The notes under the pieces: model-generated | Told to the model about the DNA's origin: nothing | Databases searched by the model: none | Seen by the model: the letters and a program-made list of their open reading frames with translations, nothing else | Shown here: positions 19,185-29,423 of the stretch, in pieces | Layout: every line of letters begins with the position of its first letter | Position numbering within the stretch: position 1 is the stretch's first letter | Program-made: the position numbers and the translations under genes | Assembly: GCA_037445635.1 (NCBI GenBank) | Contig: JBBIKC010000001.1 | Span: 211,595 to 275,594 of the forward strand | Source: Chloroflexota bacterium | GTDB taxonomy: Bacteria; Chloroflexota; Anaerolineae; Anaerolineales; Villigracilaceae | Direction of reading: 5' to 3' | Length of the DNA stretch: 64,000 nucleotides

Positions 19185-21872
19185 ATGCGCCGCTGGTTCC
19201 GCTTCCGCCGCGACCTCGGCCTGCAGTTGCTGGCCCTCTATCTCCTGCTGATCATCCCGTTCCTGCTGACCCTTTGGATCTTCGACGGGCTGGTGGGGCA
19301 GCGCATCCGCGCGGACGTGCAAACCAGCGACCTGGCACTGGCACAGGCCATCGCGCAGGAAACCGACCTCTCGATCGGCAACGCCCTCGATGTGGTGGCG
19401 GGGCTGGCGCGCTATCCGGGCGTGATCGAATCCGATGAACAGGAAATGGCGGAACTATTCGACGCCATCCTGGCCACGCACCCCAACGTCAACCTGGTCT
19501 ATCGCCTCGGCGCGGACGGGATTATGCTGTATCACTATCCCGAGGGTCCCACTTCTACGGTGGGCACCGACTTTTCCTTCCGCGATTATTTCCAGCGCGC
19601 GCTGGTAACCCGCGCGCCTCTCGTCTCACAGGGACGCATCTCGCCCACAACGAATCAGGCGGTCGCGACCGCCGTCCAGCCGCTCTGGTCGCCTGCGGGA
19701 GAATTCCTCGGCCTGGTCGGCGCCAATATCAAGCTGGAAAGCCTGAGCGAAACGCTTTCGACCATCGTCTCCGAGCACCGCTCGGAAGCGGGATTCCAGG
19801 TGGTCATCCTCGACTCTGCGGGAAAGATCATCGCTTTCCCCAATTCCGCGCTGTTGCTCCACCCCGCCGAAGACCTGCTCCCAAAAGATTACCTTTCCGG
19901 CTTCACCGGGGAGGTCCATTCGCAAGTCCTTCACTCGCCAAGCGGCGAAGAAAGACTCTACACGCACACCCACATCGAGAGCATCAATTGGGAAGTGATC
20001 GTCAGCCGCCCGACGGCGCAGGCTTTCTCCACGCAGATCATCCTCCAGCGGATCGTGCTGGTGGCCGCGGCGACGTTTCTCCTGATCGGTCTGTTCTTCT
20101 GGGCGGCGCTCACCAACCGCGTCATCCGGCCCATCGAAAACCTCGCGCCCATCAGCGAGGCGATCGGGCTGAATCAGCCCATTCATGCAAAAGAACGCCA
20201 GCGGTTGTTGAAGTTGTCCGCGCGCAGCGACCAGATCGGCCACTTGATTCGGAGCATCATGAAGATGGAGGATTCGATTGCGGAGCGTATGCGTGAACAG
20301 GCTACGCTTCTCGAGACCAGTGCGGCCGTCGTCTCCACGCTCGACGTCGAGACAGTGCTCGACAGCATCCTCGAGCAAATGGGGCGCCTGCTGGCAATCC
20401 AAATGTACGCCATCATCCAGCTGGACGAAAAGGAAGGTTCATTCCGCATCCGCGCCAGCCGCGGGCTTTCGCGGCAATTCACCGAACAACTGGCGATCCA
20501 GCCCACCGAGCCGGATTCGGTCACCATGCGCGCCCTGCACAGCGGCGAACCCGTGCAGGTGAGCGATACAGAGACCGATCCATCCTATGTCATTCGCAGG
20601 GCACGCGCCCGCGCCGAGGGTTACCGCGCCCTCCTGGCCGTGCCGCTCAAGACCCAGCATGCGCCTCCCACCGCCCTGCTTGTCTTCCATCCTACGCCGC
20701 ACGTTTTTACGCAGAACGAAATCCAGTTGCTGGCAAACTTCGCCAACCATGCCGCCATGGCCATCGAGAACGCCATCCTGTTCGAGCGCAGCGATATGCA
20801 ATTGCAGGAACAAACCCGCCGCCTGGAGTCTCTCATCCAGTCACTGCACGACGGCTTGATTCTCAGCAATCTTGCGGGAAAGGCCGTCTATGCCAACCGC
20901 CGCGTGGGCGCGATGGCCAACCTTCAGGCGCATGAACTCGCGGGAATGGAGGTCGGTCAAATTCTGGCGCGTATCCTGTCGCGCTCCAATGCAAGCGAGA
21001 AGGCGCGCAAAGCGGCCCAAAGAATTTATCAAGGCGGCGGAGAGCAGACGGCGGAGATATCGATTGTGGAAAGCGGTAAAACGATCTACCTGCGTCTCGA
21101 AGCATTCGACGTATCCGACTCGCGCGGCGACCTGATCGGGCGCGGCCTGTTCCTGCACGATATTACCGCCGACAAAGAACTCGACCGCATGCGCGCCAGC
21201 CTGGTCTCCACGGTTTCGCATGAATTGCGGACACCGCTGGCTTCGATCAAAGGCTATGCCACCACCCTGCTTGCAGACGATGTGCAATGGGATCGCGAAT
21301 CGCAGAATGAGTTCCTGAAGGTCATCTCGGACGAATCGGACCGCCTGAGCGAACTGGTCAACAACATCCTGGACCTTTCGCGGCTCGACGCGGGCGCGCT
21401 CCAACTGGAACGCGTGGAATGCGACATCGCAGAGACGATCCAAAAAGCGGCGAAACGAGTCCGTTTGAACGGGAGCCGCTTCGAGGTCCGCGTGGAGATG
21501 AACCTGCCCGCGTTATACGCCGATCCGCTTCGGCTGGAGACTATCCTGCGGAACCTGTTCGAGAACGCAGTCAAGTATGGAGGCGAGAATGTGGCGATTC
21601 GCGTCGAGGTCGGGATGCGGGACGGAAATGTTTTGTTCCGCGTCGCCGACGATGGGCCGGGCATCCCGCCCGAAGAGAGCGCCCGCATTTTCGAAATGTT
21701 CTACCGCGCCGGCGACAGGCTGTCGCCGGCGGCCGGCGGCGCCGGCCTGGGACTGGCAATTTGCCAGGGTTTGGTCCACGCGCACGGCGGCAGGATCTGG
21801 GTGGAACCACAGGAAAAAGGCGCGTGCATTGCGTTTTCCCTTCCGTTGAAGATCGAGAAGGAAAGTTCGTGA
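19185..21872 (+). CDS. multidomain sensor histidine kinase (periplasmic Cache-like, HAMP, GAF, PAS, HisKA, HATPase_c)
   Basis: Two TM helices flank a region of about 250 aa. H-box SHELRTPLASIKGY. N box ILRNLFENAVKY. G boxes DDGPGI and GGAGLGLAIC. Confidence 0.9.
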   Translation: MRRWFRFRRDLGLQLLALYLLLIIPFLLTLWIFDGLVGQRIRADVQTSDLALAQAIAQETDLSIGNALDVVAGLARYPGVIESDEQEMAELFDAILATHPNVNLVYRLGADGIMLYHYPEGPTSTVGTDFSFRDYFQRALVTRAPLVSQGRISPTTNQAVATAVQPLWSPAGEFLGLVGANIKLESLSETLSTIVSEHRSEAGFQVVILDSAGKIIAFPNSALLLHPAEDLLPKDYLSGFTGEVHSQVLHSPSGEERLYTHTHIESINWEVIVSRPTAQAFSTQIILQRIVLVAAATFLLIGLFFWAALTNRVIRPIENLAPISEAIGLNQPIHAKERQRLLKLSARSDQIGHLIRSIMKMEDSIAERMREQATLLETSAAVVSTLDVETVLDSILEQMGRLLAIQMYAIIQLDEKEGSFRIRASRGLSRQFTEQLAIQPTEPDSVTMRALHSGEPVQVSDTETDPSYVIRRARARAEGYRALLAVPLKTQHAPPTALLVFHPTPHVFTQNEIQLLANFANHAAMAIENAILFERSDMQLQEQTRRLESLIQSLHDGLILSNLAGKAVYANRRVGAMANLQAHELAGMEVGQILARILSRSNASEKARKAAQRIYQGGGEQTAEISIVESGKTIYLRLEAFDVSDSRGDLIGRGLFLHDITADKELDRMRASLVSTVSHELRTPLASIKGYATTLLADDVQWDRESQNEFLKVISDESDRLSELVNNILDLSRLDAGALQLERVECDIAETIQKAAKRVRLNGSRFEVRVEMNLPALYADPLRLETILRNLFENAVKYGGENVAIRVEVGMRDGNVLFRVADDGPGIPPEESARIFEMFYRAGDRLSPAAGGAGLGLAICQGLVHAHGGRIWVEPQEKGACIAFSLPLKIEKESS

Positions 21873-22558
21873 ACAACACAATGGTCCTGGTGGTTGACGA
21901 CGAAAAGCCGCTGCGCGACTTCGTGCGGCGGAACCTCGAAGCGCGCGGATACAAAGTGGTATGTGCCGCGAACGGGTTGGAAGCGCTGGCGATTTTCGAG
22001 AATGAGCAGGTGGACCTGGTGATTCTCGACATCATGATGCCGCACATGGATGGCCTCGAGGCGACGCGGCGCATTCGGCGGAGTTCCACCGTGCCGATCG
22101 TCATCCTGACGGCAATGGGCGAAGAAGCCGACAAGGTGCGCGCCTTCGACCTCGGCGCGGACGATTACCTGACCAAGCCGTTCGGCGTGGGCGAACTCAT
22201 GGGGCGGATCAAAGCGGTCATGCGGCGCGCCCAGTGGTCGGAGCCGGCGACCAGCGAGGAACGCCTGGCGCGCGGGGGGATCGCCGTAGACCTGTCTCGC
22301 CACGAAGTATCCGTGCGCGGCAAGTCGGTTAACCTGACGCCCATCGAATTCAATCTGCTCGTCTATCTGATGCGGCACGCGGGCAAGGTATTGTCGCATC
22401 ACGACATTCTCAAGAATGTCTGGGGGCCCGAATACGGCAACGAAGTTGAATATCTGCGCGTCTACATGGGGCATCTGCGGCAAAAAATAGAGGCCGATCC
22501 GCTCAAACCAAAATATATTTTGACCGAACGCGGAATCGGATATCGGTTCGGAGAGTAG
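21869..22558 (+). CDS. OmpR/PhoB-family response regulator
   Basis: Receiver domain VLVVDDE...DLVILDIMMP...KPF plus a winged-helix C-terminus ending GIGYRF. GTG 21869 overlaps the kinase stop (GTGA). ATG 21881 is the alternative start. Confidence 0.9.
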   Translation: MNNTMVLVVDDEKPLRDFVRRNLEARGYKVVCAANGLEALAIFENEQVDLVILDIMMPHMDGLEATRRIRRSSTVPIVILTAMGEEADKVRAFDLGADDYLTKPFGVGELMGRIKAVMRRAQWSEPATSEERLARGGIAVDLSRHEVSVRGKSVNLTPIEFNLLVYLMRHAGKVLSHHDILKNVWGPEYGNEVEYLRVYMGHLRQKIEADPLKPKYILTERGIGYRFGE

Positions 22559-22576
22559 GCGAAATTCAGCAACTCG

Positions 22577-22725
22577 CCTTACGCAGAATGTCCCGAAGGT
22601 TCCCTCGAAAATAAGCCTCTCTGCAGGCTAAACCTTCGGGACGTAGCGTAACATCAGTCAGTAAATTACAGTTTCACTTTGAGTCGGACGGCTTGCCGTC
22701 AGGATACCAGGAGCAGACTCCTGCA
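22577..22725 (+). repeat. dispersed structured repeat, copy 1 (with an inverted 5' half-copy)
   Basis: Positions 22631-22725 align along their full length, with only a few substitutions and short indels, with 56094-56192. Contains hairpins GACGGCTTGCCGTC and CAGGAGCAGACTCCTG. 22577-22601 is the reverse complement of the 5' motif AACCTTCGGGAC..GCGTAAGG. Confidence 0.7.
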
Positions 22726-22868
22726 AAGGCGGGGGGGATTTTACGGATTCTTTATTTAGCGAGCGCCTCTTTTTAGTCGTTTTTTGCATTCGCCTTGTAA
22801 AATGGAATTGATGCAGTGTCTCGCGAACTGCCCTATCGATCCCATTCCTTTCCAAGGAGGAGCAAGTC

Positions 22869-24197
22869 ATGAAACGCAAACTGTTCGTTCTCTTGTCTAT
22901 GTTGGCGCTTGCCAGCCTGTTACTGGCGGCCTGCGGACCTACGCCCACTCCGCAGCCGGTCCAGACGGAGGCGCCGCAGGCGACCGAACCGCCCGCCGCG
23001 ACCGAGCCGCCAATGGTGGAAAAAACGGTGGTGATCGGCTTTACGTCATCTTTGACAGGCGCGCAGGAAGTCTCGTCCAAACGGCAGGTGGCGGGTCTCA
23101 ATCTGTGGATGCAACAGGTGAACGACGCCGGCGGCATCCAACTGAGCGACGGCACCGTCGTTAAATTCACCGCAGTGACCTATGATGATGAATCCAACAA
23201 GGAGCGCGTGCAGGAACTGTACACCCGCCTCGTTACCGAAGATAACGCCGATTTCCTGATCAGTCCCTACTCGTCCGGCCTGGCCGCGGCCGCGTCCATC
23301 ATCGCCGAACAGAACGGCAAGATCATGATCACCGTTGGCGCCGCCGAGGATGACGCCTACAAGACCGGCAACACCAGTCTGTTCCAGCTCTACACACCCG
23401 GCAGCCAGTACCTGCTCAGCACCGTGGACATGCTCAAGACCCTCGACCCGGAGGCCAAGGTAGCCATTGTCCACGAGAACGACAAGTTCTCGACCGCGGT
23501 GGTGGATGGACTCAAACCGTATCTCGAATCCCAGGGTTTCGAGATCGTTCTGGAGGAAGGCTACGCCTCCGAAACGACCGACTTCGGTCCCGTCATCAAC
23601 AAGATTGTCGAGTCCGGAGCCACCGTTCTGCTCGGCGGCGGGCACTATCCCGACGGCAGTACCTTTGCCCGCCAGCTTTACGAGCGCAAAGTAGGGCTGA
23701 AATTCATCTCCCTGCTGGTCGCGCCCGCCGATTCTAAATTCCCCGAACTGGGCGACGCCGCGCTGGGCGTGGCTACCTCCAGCCAGTGGGAACTCAGCGC
23801 CACGCATACGCCCGAAGAGGCCGCGGCGCTCGGCAAGGAATTTTACGGCCCGACCGGCGAGGAGTTTGCCGCCGCCTACAATGCCGCGACCGGCGAAAAA
23901 CCCACCTACCATGTCGCGGGCGGATATGCGGCCGGGCTCATCCTGCAGAAAGCCATCGAAGATGCCGACTCGATTGACCCGGAGAAGGTGAGAGCGGCCC
24001 TGGAAGCCATGGACATCTTCACCTTCTGGGGCGGCGTCAAGTTCGACACCTCTGCCGAAGCGCACGGATTACAGATCGGCCACACGATGGTCGTGGCCCA
24101 ATGGCAGAGAAACGATGCAGGCGAACTGGTCCGCCAGGTGATCTGGCCCGCCGATGTGGCGGTCGCCGATCCGCTCTACCCCATTCCAGCGCCTTAA
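22869..24197 (+). CDS. ABC transporter substrate-binding lipoprotein (LivJ/branched-chain amino acid family)
   Basis: Lipobox LLLAACG. Type I periplasmic binding fold length (442 aa). Followed by livHMGF-type genes. Confidence 0.85.
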   Translation: MKRKLFVLLSMLALASLLLAACGPTPTPQPVQTEAPQATEPPAATEPPMVEKTVVIGFTSSLTGAQEVSSKRQVAGLNLWMQQVNDAGGIQLSDGTVVKFTAVTYDDESNKERVQELYTRLVTEDNADFLISPYSSGLAAAASIIAEQNGKIMITVGAAEDDAYKTGNTSLFQLYTPGSQYLLSTVDMLKTLDPEAKVAIVHENDKFSTAVVDGLKPYLESQGFEIVLEEGYASETTDFGPVINKIVESGATVLLGGGHYPDGSTFARQLYERKVGLKFISLLVAPADSKFPELGDAALGVATSSQWELSATHTPEEAAALGKEFYGPTGEEFAAAYNAATGEKPTYHVAGGYAAGLILQKAIEDADSIDPEKVRAALEAMDIFTFWGGVKFDTSAEAHGLQIGHTMVVAQWQRNDAGELVRQVIWPADVAVADPLYPIPAP

Positions 24198-24281
24198 GCC
24201 AGTCCGTCCGTTGCAGGGGCAGGATCGTCCGGAGCGAAGCCGAAGGAGCCTGCCCCTGTTTTGCACATATCGGGAGCAAGC

Positions 24282-25148
24282 ATGGAACAACTCAATTTGT
24301 TACTGTCATCCCTGCCAGACGGAATTTTGCTGGGCTTCGTCTATGGACTGGCGGCGATGGGATTGACGTTGATCTGGGGCGTGATGAACGTGATCAACCT
24401 GGCCCATGGGCCGATCATCGCGCTGGGCATGTTCAGCACCTTCTTCGTTTACACCCGGCTGGGATTGAATCCCTACGCGGGCGTGATCCCGATTGCAATT
24501 TTGGGATTGCTGGTCGGCATCCTGATCTACGCGGTGGCGGTCCATCGTGTGATCAACGCTCCGCATCTTTCCTCGCTCCTGGCCACCTTCTCGGTAAACA
24601 TGATCATCATCGGCCTGGGCACCGCCGCGCTGACCACCTCCCCTTACAACGTGGATTTCTCGGCAGGCAGCATCAAACTGGGCTCGACCACATTGCTGGG
24701 CACGCGCCTGATCGCGGCGCTGGTCACGATGCTGTTCACGGGAGGCCTGTACCTGTTCCTGTACAGGACCTCGCCGGGGAAATTCATCCGCGCGGTGGCC
24801 AACAACCGCGCCGCGGCGGAACTGATGGGCATCCCGTCCACGCGCATCCTGGCCCTCAGTTTCGGTCTGGGGACGATGCTGGCGGCCGTCTCCGGCGCAC
24901 TGATCGCGACCTTCTTCCCATTTAGCATCCTGGCCGGGAGCGGATACGAACTGAAGAGTTTCGTCATCGGCGTGCTGGGCGGCCTCGGCAATCCCATCGG
25001 CGCCCTGTTCGGCGGCTTAATTCTGGGAATCCTGGAAGGCATCGTCCCCGCCTTTATGGAAACCTCCTGGGTGCCGGTGATCGAGTTCAGCCTGTTCGTC
25101 CTGATTCTTTTGGTGCGCCCAAGCGGCCTGTTTGGAGCGAAAAAATGA
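24282..25148 (+). CDS. livH: branched-chain amino acid ABC permease LivH-type
   Basis: About 288-aa polytopic protein. GLTLIWGVMNVINLAHG motif. Confidence 0.88.
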   Translation: MEQLNLLLSSLPDGILLGFVYGLAAMGLTLIWGVMNVINLAHGPIIALGMFSTFFVYTRLGLNPYAGVIPIAILGLLVGILIYAVAVHRVINAPHLSSLLATFSVNMIIIGLGTAALTTSPYNVDFSAGSIKLGSTTLLGTRLIAALVTMLFTGGLYLFLYRTSPGKFIRAVANNRAAAELMGIPSTRILALSFGLGTMLAAVSGALIATFFPFSILAGSGYELKSFVIGVLGGLGNPIGALFGGLILGILEGIVPAFMETSWVPVIEFSLFVLILLVRPSGLFGAKK

Positions 25149-26257
25149 AACTATGGCATAGATACAACGGCGTGATCATCCCGGTGCTGGCCGTTCTTTT
25201 GCTGGCCGTCTGGCCTGCCATAACAGGCAAACCCGCCAACCGCGAGAGCGCGTTCACCATCCTGAAGGCCGTCGCTCTCGCCTCCAGCCTGAATATCCTG
25301 CTCGGATATACCGGTTACGTCAGCTTCGGGCACATCGTTTTTTATGGATTTGGCGGCTACATAGGCATCTATTTCCTGACCGAACACGGCTGGTCCTTGT
25401 GGGGCTCGCTGCTCGCAGGCGGAATCGCCTCCGGCCTGCTGGCGTTTCTGCTCGGTTCGGCCATCCTGCGATTGCGCGGCGCGTATTTTGCGCTGGCGAC
25501 CATCGGGATCAACGAGGCCATGAAGGCATTCGTCAACAATTTCGACACGCTGGCGGAAGGCATCAGCAAGGCGCTGACGAATCTGATGGAGGGCATCAGC
25601 CGCATCCTAACAGACATTGGGGCCGGTGAGGCCGCAGTCGCTGCCTTCCGCGAGGTCTCCGTCAAAATCATTGACGTCATCATTCCGCGGTTTGGCGGGC
25701 CGACCGGAATCACATTGAATTTCAGCGCATATAAAGCCTATGGCGGCGCGGCGGAGGCGCTGCAAATGTCCTTTTACATCGGGGCAGGACTCGCCCTGCT
25801 GGCCGTCATCATGAGTTATTTCGTACGCAGTTCCAAGTTCGGCCTCAGCCTGCTCGCCATCCGCGAGAACGAGGACGCCGCGGAGGTGATGGGCATCGTC
25901 GCACCGCGGGCCAAGACCTGGGCCTATGTGCTTTCCGCCATCATCCCCGGTATGATCGGGGTGTTGTTCTTCTTCAAGAACGGAAACGTCGAGCCGCACG
26001 ACGCCTTTCCGCTGCACGCCTCCATCGAACTGCTGGTAATGGTCATGCTCGGCGGACAGGGCACGGTGCTCGGCCCGATACTGGGCGCGTTTGCCTATCA
26101 GGGCATGCGCGGCTACCTGGTGACCAGTCCCATATTCAAAGATATCCAACTCTCCGTATCCGGCGCGCTGCTGCTGATGATCGTGCTCTTCATTCCTGCG
26201 GGCGCGGTCGGCTGGCTCCGCCACCGCATCCCGTCGCTGAGGAGGGTACTCGCATGA
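25145..26257 (+). CDS. livM: branched-chain amino acid ABC permease LivM-type
   Basis: Contains GYTGYVSFGHIVFYGFGGY. ATGA overlaps on both sides. Confidence 0.88.
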   Translation: MKLWHRYNGVIIPVLAVLLLAVWPAITGKPANRESAFTILKAVALASSLNILLGYTGYVSFGHIVFYGFGGYIGIYFLTEHGWSLWGSLLAGGIASGLLAFLLGSAILRLRGAYFALATIGINEAMKAFVNNFDTLAEGISKALTNLMEGISRILTDIGAGEAAVAAFREVSVKIIDVIIPRFGGPTGITLNFSAYKAYGGAAEALQMSFYIGAGLALLAVIMSYFVRSSKFGLSLLAIRENEDAAEVMGIVAPRAKTWAYVLSAIIPGMIGVLFFFKNGNVEPHDAFPLHASIELLVMVMLGGQGTVLGPILGAFAYQGMRGYLVTSPIFKDIQLSVSGALLLMIVLFIPAGAVGWLRHRIPSLRRVLA

Positions 26258-27006
26258 CCATCCTGCTTTCTCTGCAAGGCGTATCGAAACGGTTTGGCGG
26301 ACTGCAAGCCCTCACGCGGGTCACCTTCGACCTGCCGGAGGGTCAAATTCTCGGGCTGATCGGCCCCAACGGCGCGGGGAAAACGACCCTCTTCAATGCG
26401 ATCAACGGCGTCTATCCGCCGGAGGAGGGGCGCGTCATTTTCCGCGACAAGGACGTGACGCACGCCAGGCCCTACGACCATGCCCGCATGGGAATGGCGC
26501 GCACACATCAGATCGTCCAGCCCTTGAACGAACTCACGGTTCGCGAGAACGTTATGGCTGGCGCGTGCTTCGGACACGAGAATCACACCCTCGGCCGCGC
26601 CTCGGAGATCGCCGCGGAGGTGCTGGAATTCGTCGGGTTGGCGCCGCGCGCCGATCAATTGGCGGGCAGTCTCAACGTCGCGCAGAAGAAGCGCCTGGAA
26701 ATGGCGCGGGCGCTGGCGGCGCGTCCGTACCTGCTCCTGCTGGACGAGGTCCTGGCCGGTCTCAATCCCGCCGAAATTGACGGCATGGTGCAGACCGTGT
26801 TGAAGATTCGCGAACAGGGCGTAACCATCCTGATGATCGAACATGTGATGAAGGCGGTGATGAACGTCTCTGACCGAATCATCGTGCTCGATTACGGCGA
26901 GCAGATCGCGGAGGGGACTCCGCAGGAGGTGGTTAACGACCCGCGCGTGATCGAAGCCTATCTGGGCGACCCGAGACTCGCCGAAAGTCTGATGGAGGAG
27001 GCGTAA
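26254..27006 (+). CDS. livG: ABC ATP-binding protein LivG-type
   Basis: Walker A GPNGAGKTT, signature-like LNVAQKKRLEMARAL, Walker B LLLLDE. Confidence 0.92.
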   Translation: MTILLSLQGVSKRFGGLQALTRVTFDLPEGQILGLIGPNGAGKTTLFNAINGVYPPEEGRVIFRDKDVTHARPYDHARMGMARTHQIVQPLNELTVRENVMAGACFGHENHTLGRASEIAAEVLEFVGLAPRADQLAGSLNVAQKKRLEMARALAARPYLLLLDEVLAGLNPAEIDGMVQTVLKIREQGVTILMIEHVMKAVMNVSDRIIVLDYGEQIAEGTPQEVVNDPRVIEAYLGDPRLAESLMEEA

Positions 27007-27007
27007 C

Positions 27008-27718
27008 ATGGCCGTGCTTGAAATCCGCGATCTCGCTTCAGGTTATGGCGAAGTCCAGATTCTGTGGGGCGCCACGCTCTCGCTCGAGGAAAAGAAACTA
27101 ACCTGCCTCGTCGGCGGCAACGGCGTGGGCAAAACAAGTATGCTGCGGACCGTGATGGGACTCCTCCGCCCGTGGAGCGGATCGGTCTGGTTCGAGGGCA
27201 AAGACGTCAGCCGCCTGCCCGCTTACACTAAAGCCGAGATGGGACTTACGCTCGTCCCCGAAGGCAGGCAATTATTCACGGATATGACAGTGGAAGAGAA
27301 TCTCGAGATGGGCGCCACCAATCGCCGCGCCCGCCCGAAGATGAAACAGAACCTCGAGAAGGTCTACGGCATGTTCCCGCGGCTGAAGGAACGCCGCACC
27401 CAGAAGGCCGGCACATTGAGCGGCGGCGAACAGCAAATGCTGGCGGTGGGACGCGGCATCATGTCTGACCCGGTCGTATTGATGGTGGACGAGCTTTCTC
27501 TCGGCCTCGCCCCGGTGCTGACGCTGTCCCTGTTTCAAAGCATGCGGCAGTTGCGCGATGCAGGCATCACCGTCCTGCTGGTCGAACAGAATGTGCAAAT
27601 GGCACTGGCCATCAGCGATTACGGCTACGTGCTTGCGGAAGGCAAAGTGGAAATGGAAGGCCCAGCCAGGCAATTGAGCAAGAACGAGCACATCCGCGCC
27701 GCGTATCTGGGATTGTAA
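27008..27718 (+). CDS. livF: ABC ATP-binding protein LivF-type
   Basis: Walker A GGNGVGKTS, signature LSGGEQQML, Walker B LMVDE. Confidence 0.92.
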   Translation: MAVLEIRDLASGYGEVQILWGATLSLEEKKLTCLVGGNGVGKTSMLRTVMGLLRPWSGSVWFEGKDVSRLPAYTKAEMGLTLVPEGRQLFTDMTVEENLEMGATNRRARPKMKQNLEKVYGMFPRLKERRTQKAGTLSGGEQQMLAVGRGIMSDPVVLMVDELSLGLAPVLTLSLFQSMRQLRDAGITVLLVEQNVQMALAISDYGYVLAEGKVEMEGPARQLSKNEHIRAAYLGL

Positions 27719-27842
27719 AGAGTGGAGAGTGACAAATGCCATGTGCACGATTGTGGAATGGTGACATAATACCTCTGGAATGAACCTCTCCACTGGCATA
27801 TAATCCAGTCAGAAACCCGTCACTTTATACAAGGAGGCACCC

Positions 27843-28481
27843 ATGTTAGTCGGTGAACGAATGTCGCACCCGCCCATCACCATCCCGCCCGAAATGAGCA
27901 TCCACGATGCGCTGGCCCTGTTCAAAAAGGAACGCATCCGCCGCGCCCCGGTCATCAAAGGCGGGAAACTGGTCGGGATCGTTTCTGAAAAAGATCTGCT
28001 GAATGCTTCGCCCTCTCCCGCCACCACCCTGAGCGTGTGGGAGATGAACTACCTGCTCAGCAAACTGACTGTCGCCGAAGTGATGACGAAAGAAGTCATC
28101 ACAGTGACCGAGGATACGCCCATCGAGGAAGCCGCGCGCGTCATGGCCGACAGCAAGATCGGCGGCCTGCCGGTTATGAAAGGAGCGCGCGTCGTCGGCA
28201 TCATTACCGAGACCAACCTGTTCAAGATGTTCCTCGAGTTGATGGGCGCCCGCGAACGAGGCGTGCGCGTCACCGCGCTGATCGAAGACAAGCCCGGTAC
28301 GCTGGCGAAAATCACCAAAGCCGTTGCGGACGCAGGCGGCGACTTCATCGCCTTCGGCCAGTTTACCGGCAATGTCGCCGGCACGAAACTGCTGACTTTC
28401 AAAGTGGCTGGTCTGAAGAAGGACGCGGTCAAGAAAGCCATCTGGGATATCGTCAAGGAAGTCTGGGATATCCGCGAGTAG
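27843..28481 (+). CDS. CBS-pair plus ACT domain protein (AcuB-like)
   Basis: Two CBS repeats (..VIKGGKLVGIVSEKDL.. and ..VMKGARVVGIITETNL..) followed by an ACT-like C-terminus. Confidence 0.78.
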   Translation: MLVGERMSHPPITIPPEMSIHDALALFKKERIRRAPVIKGGKLVGIVSEKDLLNASPSPATTLSVWEMNYLLSKLTVAEVMTKEVITVTEDTPIEEAARVMADSKIGGLPVMKGARVVGIITETNLFKMFLELMGARERGVRVTALIEDKPGTLAKITKAVADAGGDFIAFGQFTGNVAGTKLLTFKVAGLKKDAVKKAIWDIVKEVWDIRE

Positions 28482-28496
28482 AAAAACAATGCACAG

Positions 28497-28532
28497 ACAA
28501 AACCGACCCTCAACGGGTCGGTTTTGTTTTTA
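28497..28532. terminator. bidirectional terminator between convergent genes
   Basis: Stem AACCGACCC/GGGTCGGTT, flanked by an A-run upstream and TTTTGTTTTT downstream. Confidence 0.7.
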
Positions 28533-29283
28533 ATTTGGGAGAAAGACGCCGCGAGGCCGGCGGCGGCGATTGTCCGCCCAGAGAGGCAACCTCCTGCGGC
28601 GTGAGATGACGCCACGCGCGCGGTTTGAGATTCCCCAGCCGCAATGTCCCGATGCGGACGCGCAGGATGCGCACGACGGGCAATCCGAGCTTGGCGCAAA
28701 TCTCGCGGATCTGGCGCTTGCGCCCCTCGCCCATGACCACCCGCAGCCACGCGCCTTTTCCGAAGGTTTCGTCCAGGCGCACGTCGGCGGGCGCGGTGCG
28801 ATAACCGTCGTCCAGTACGACGCCGCGCCGCCAGGCTCCCAGTTGTTCATTGTCGGGACGGCGGGCAACGAGGACGCGATATTCTTTCTGATGCCCGTAA
28901 CGCGGATGCGTGAGTCGATTCGCCAGTTCGCCGTCGTTGGTCAATAAGACGAGACCTTCGCTCTCAAAATCGAGGCGCCCGACCGGATAGAGATGACCGG
29001 GCAGGTCCACCAGGTCGCGCACGGTTTCACGCTCGTCGCCCGCTTCGCGCTCCACCGTGGACAACACAAAGCGCGGCTTGTGAAGGGCGATATACACCAG
29101 CGGTTCGGGGGCAAGGAGGGGCTTGCCGTCCAATGTGATCTTGTCCACGGACGGGTCGGCTTTCTGGCCAAGGATCGCCAGCTGCCCGTTGACGCGCACC
29201 CGCCCCGCAATGATGAATTCCTCACAGGCGCGGCGCGAGCCGTAGCCCGCGTGAGAAAGGATTTTTTGGAGACGTTCCTGCAT
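28510..29283 (-). CDS. RsuA/RluB-family 16S/23S rRNA pseudouridine synthase
   Basis: S4 domain (ERLQKILSHAGYGSRRACEEFI), catalytic GRLDFESEGL and KEYRV. Start set at MQERLQK (29283). Confidence 0.87.
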   Translation of the reverse strand: MQERLQKILSHAGYGSRRACEEFIIAGRVRVNGQLAILGQKADPSVDKITLDGKPLLAPEPLVYIALHKPRFVLSTVEREAGDERETVRDLVDLPGHLYPVGRLDFESEGLVLLTNDGELANRLTHPRYGHQKEYRVLVARRPDNEQLGAWRRGVVLDDGYRTAPADVRLDETFGKGAWLRVVMGEGRKRQIREICAKLGLPVVRILRVRIGTLRLGNLKPRAWRHLTPQEVASLGGQSPPPASRRLSPKLKTKPTR

Positions 29284-29423
29284 GGCAGGGATTATAACCA
29301 ACAAAGGCGGCAAGACGCGGACGCAGACAATGTTCCAAACCCTCACCACGCTGGGATTGCTATTTTCCCTCAAGAGTAATAGGATTAGGCAACCCGTCGT
29401 TCGTTTAGAAGTGATGAAGAGAG

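Noticed and set aside
22725-22868. Sigma70 promoter upstream of the Liv binding-protein gene (TAAAAT near 22798)
   Set aside because: The -35 match is poor at any reasonable spacing, so a call is not supportable without TSS data.
27720-27802. 9-bp inverted repeat AGTGGAGAG/CTCTCCACT and a TATAAT upstream of the CBS-ACT gene, as a possible operator or promoter
   Set aside because: It is a single short repeat with a 57-nt spacer and a weak -35. This is not distinguishable from chance by eye.
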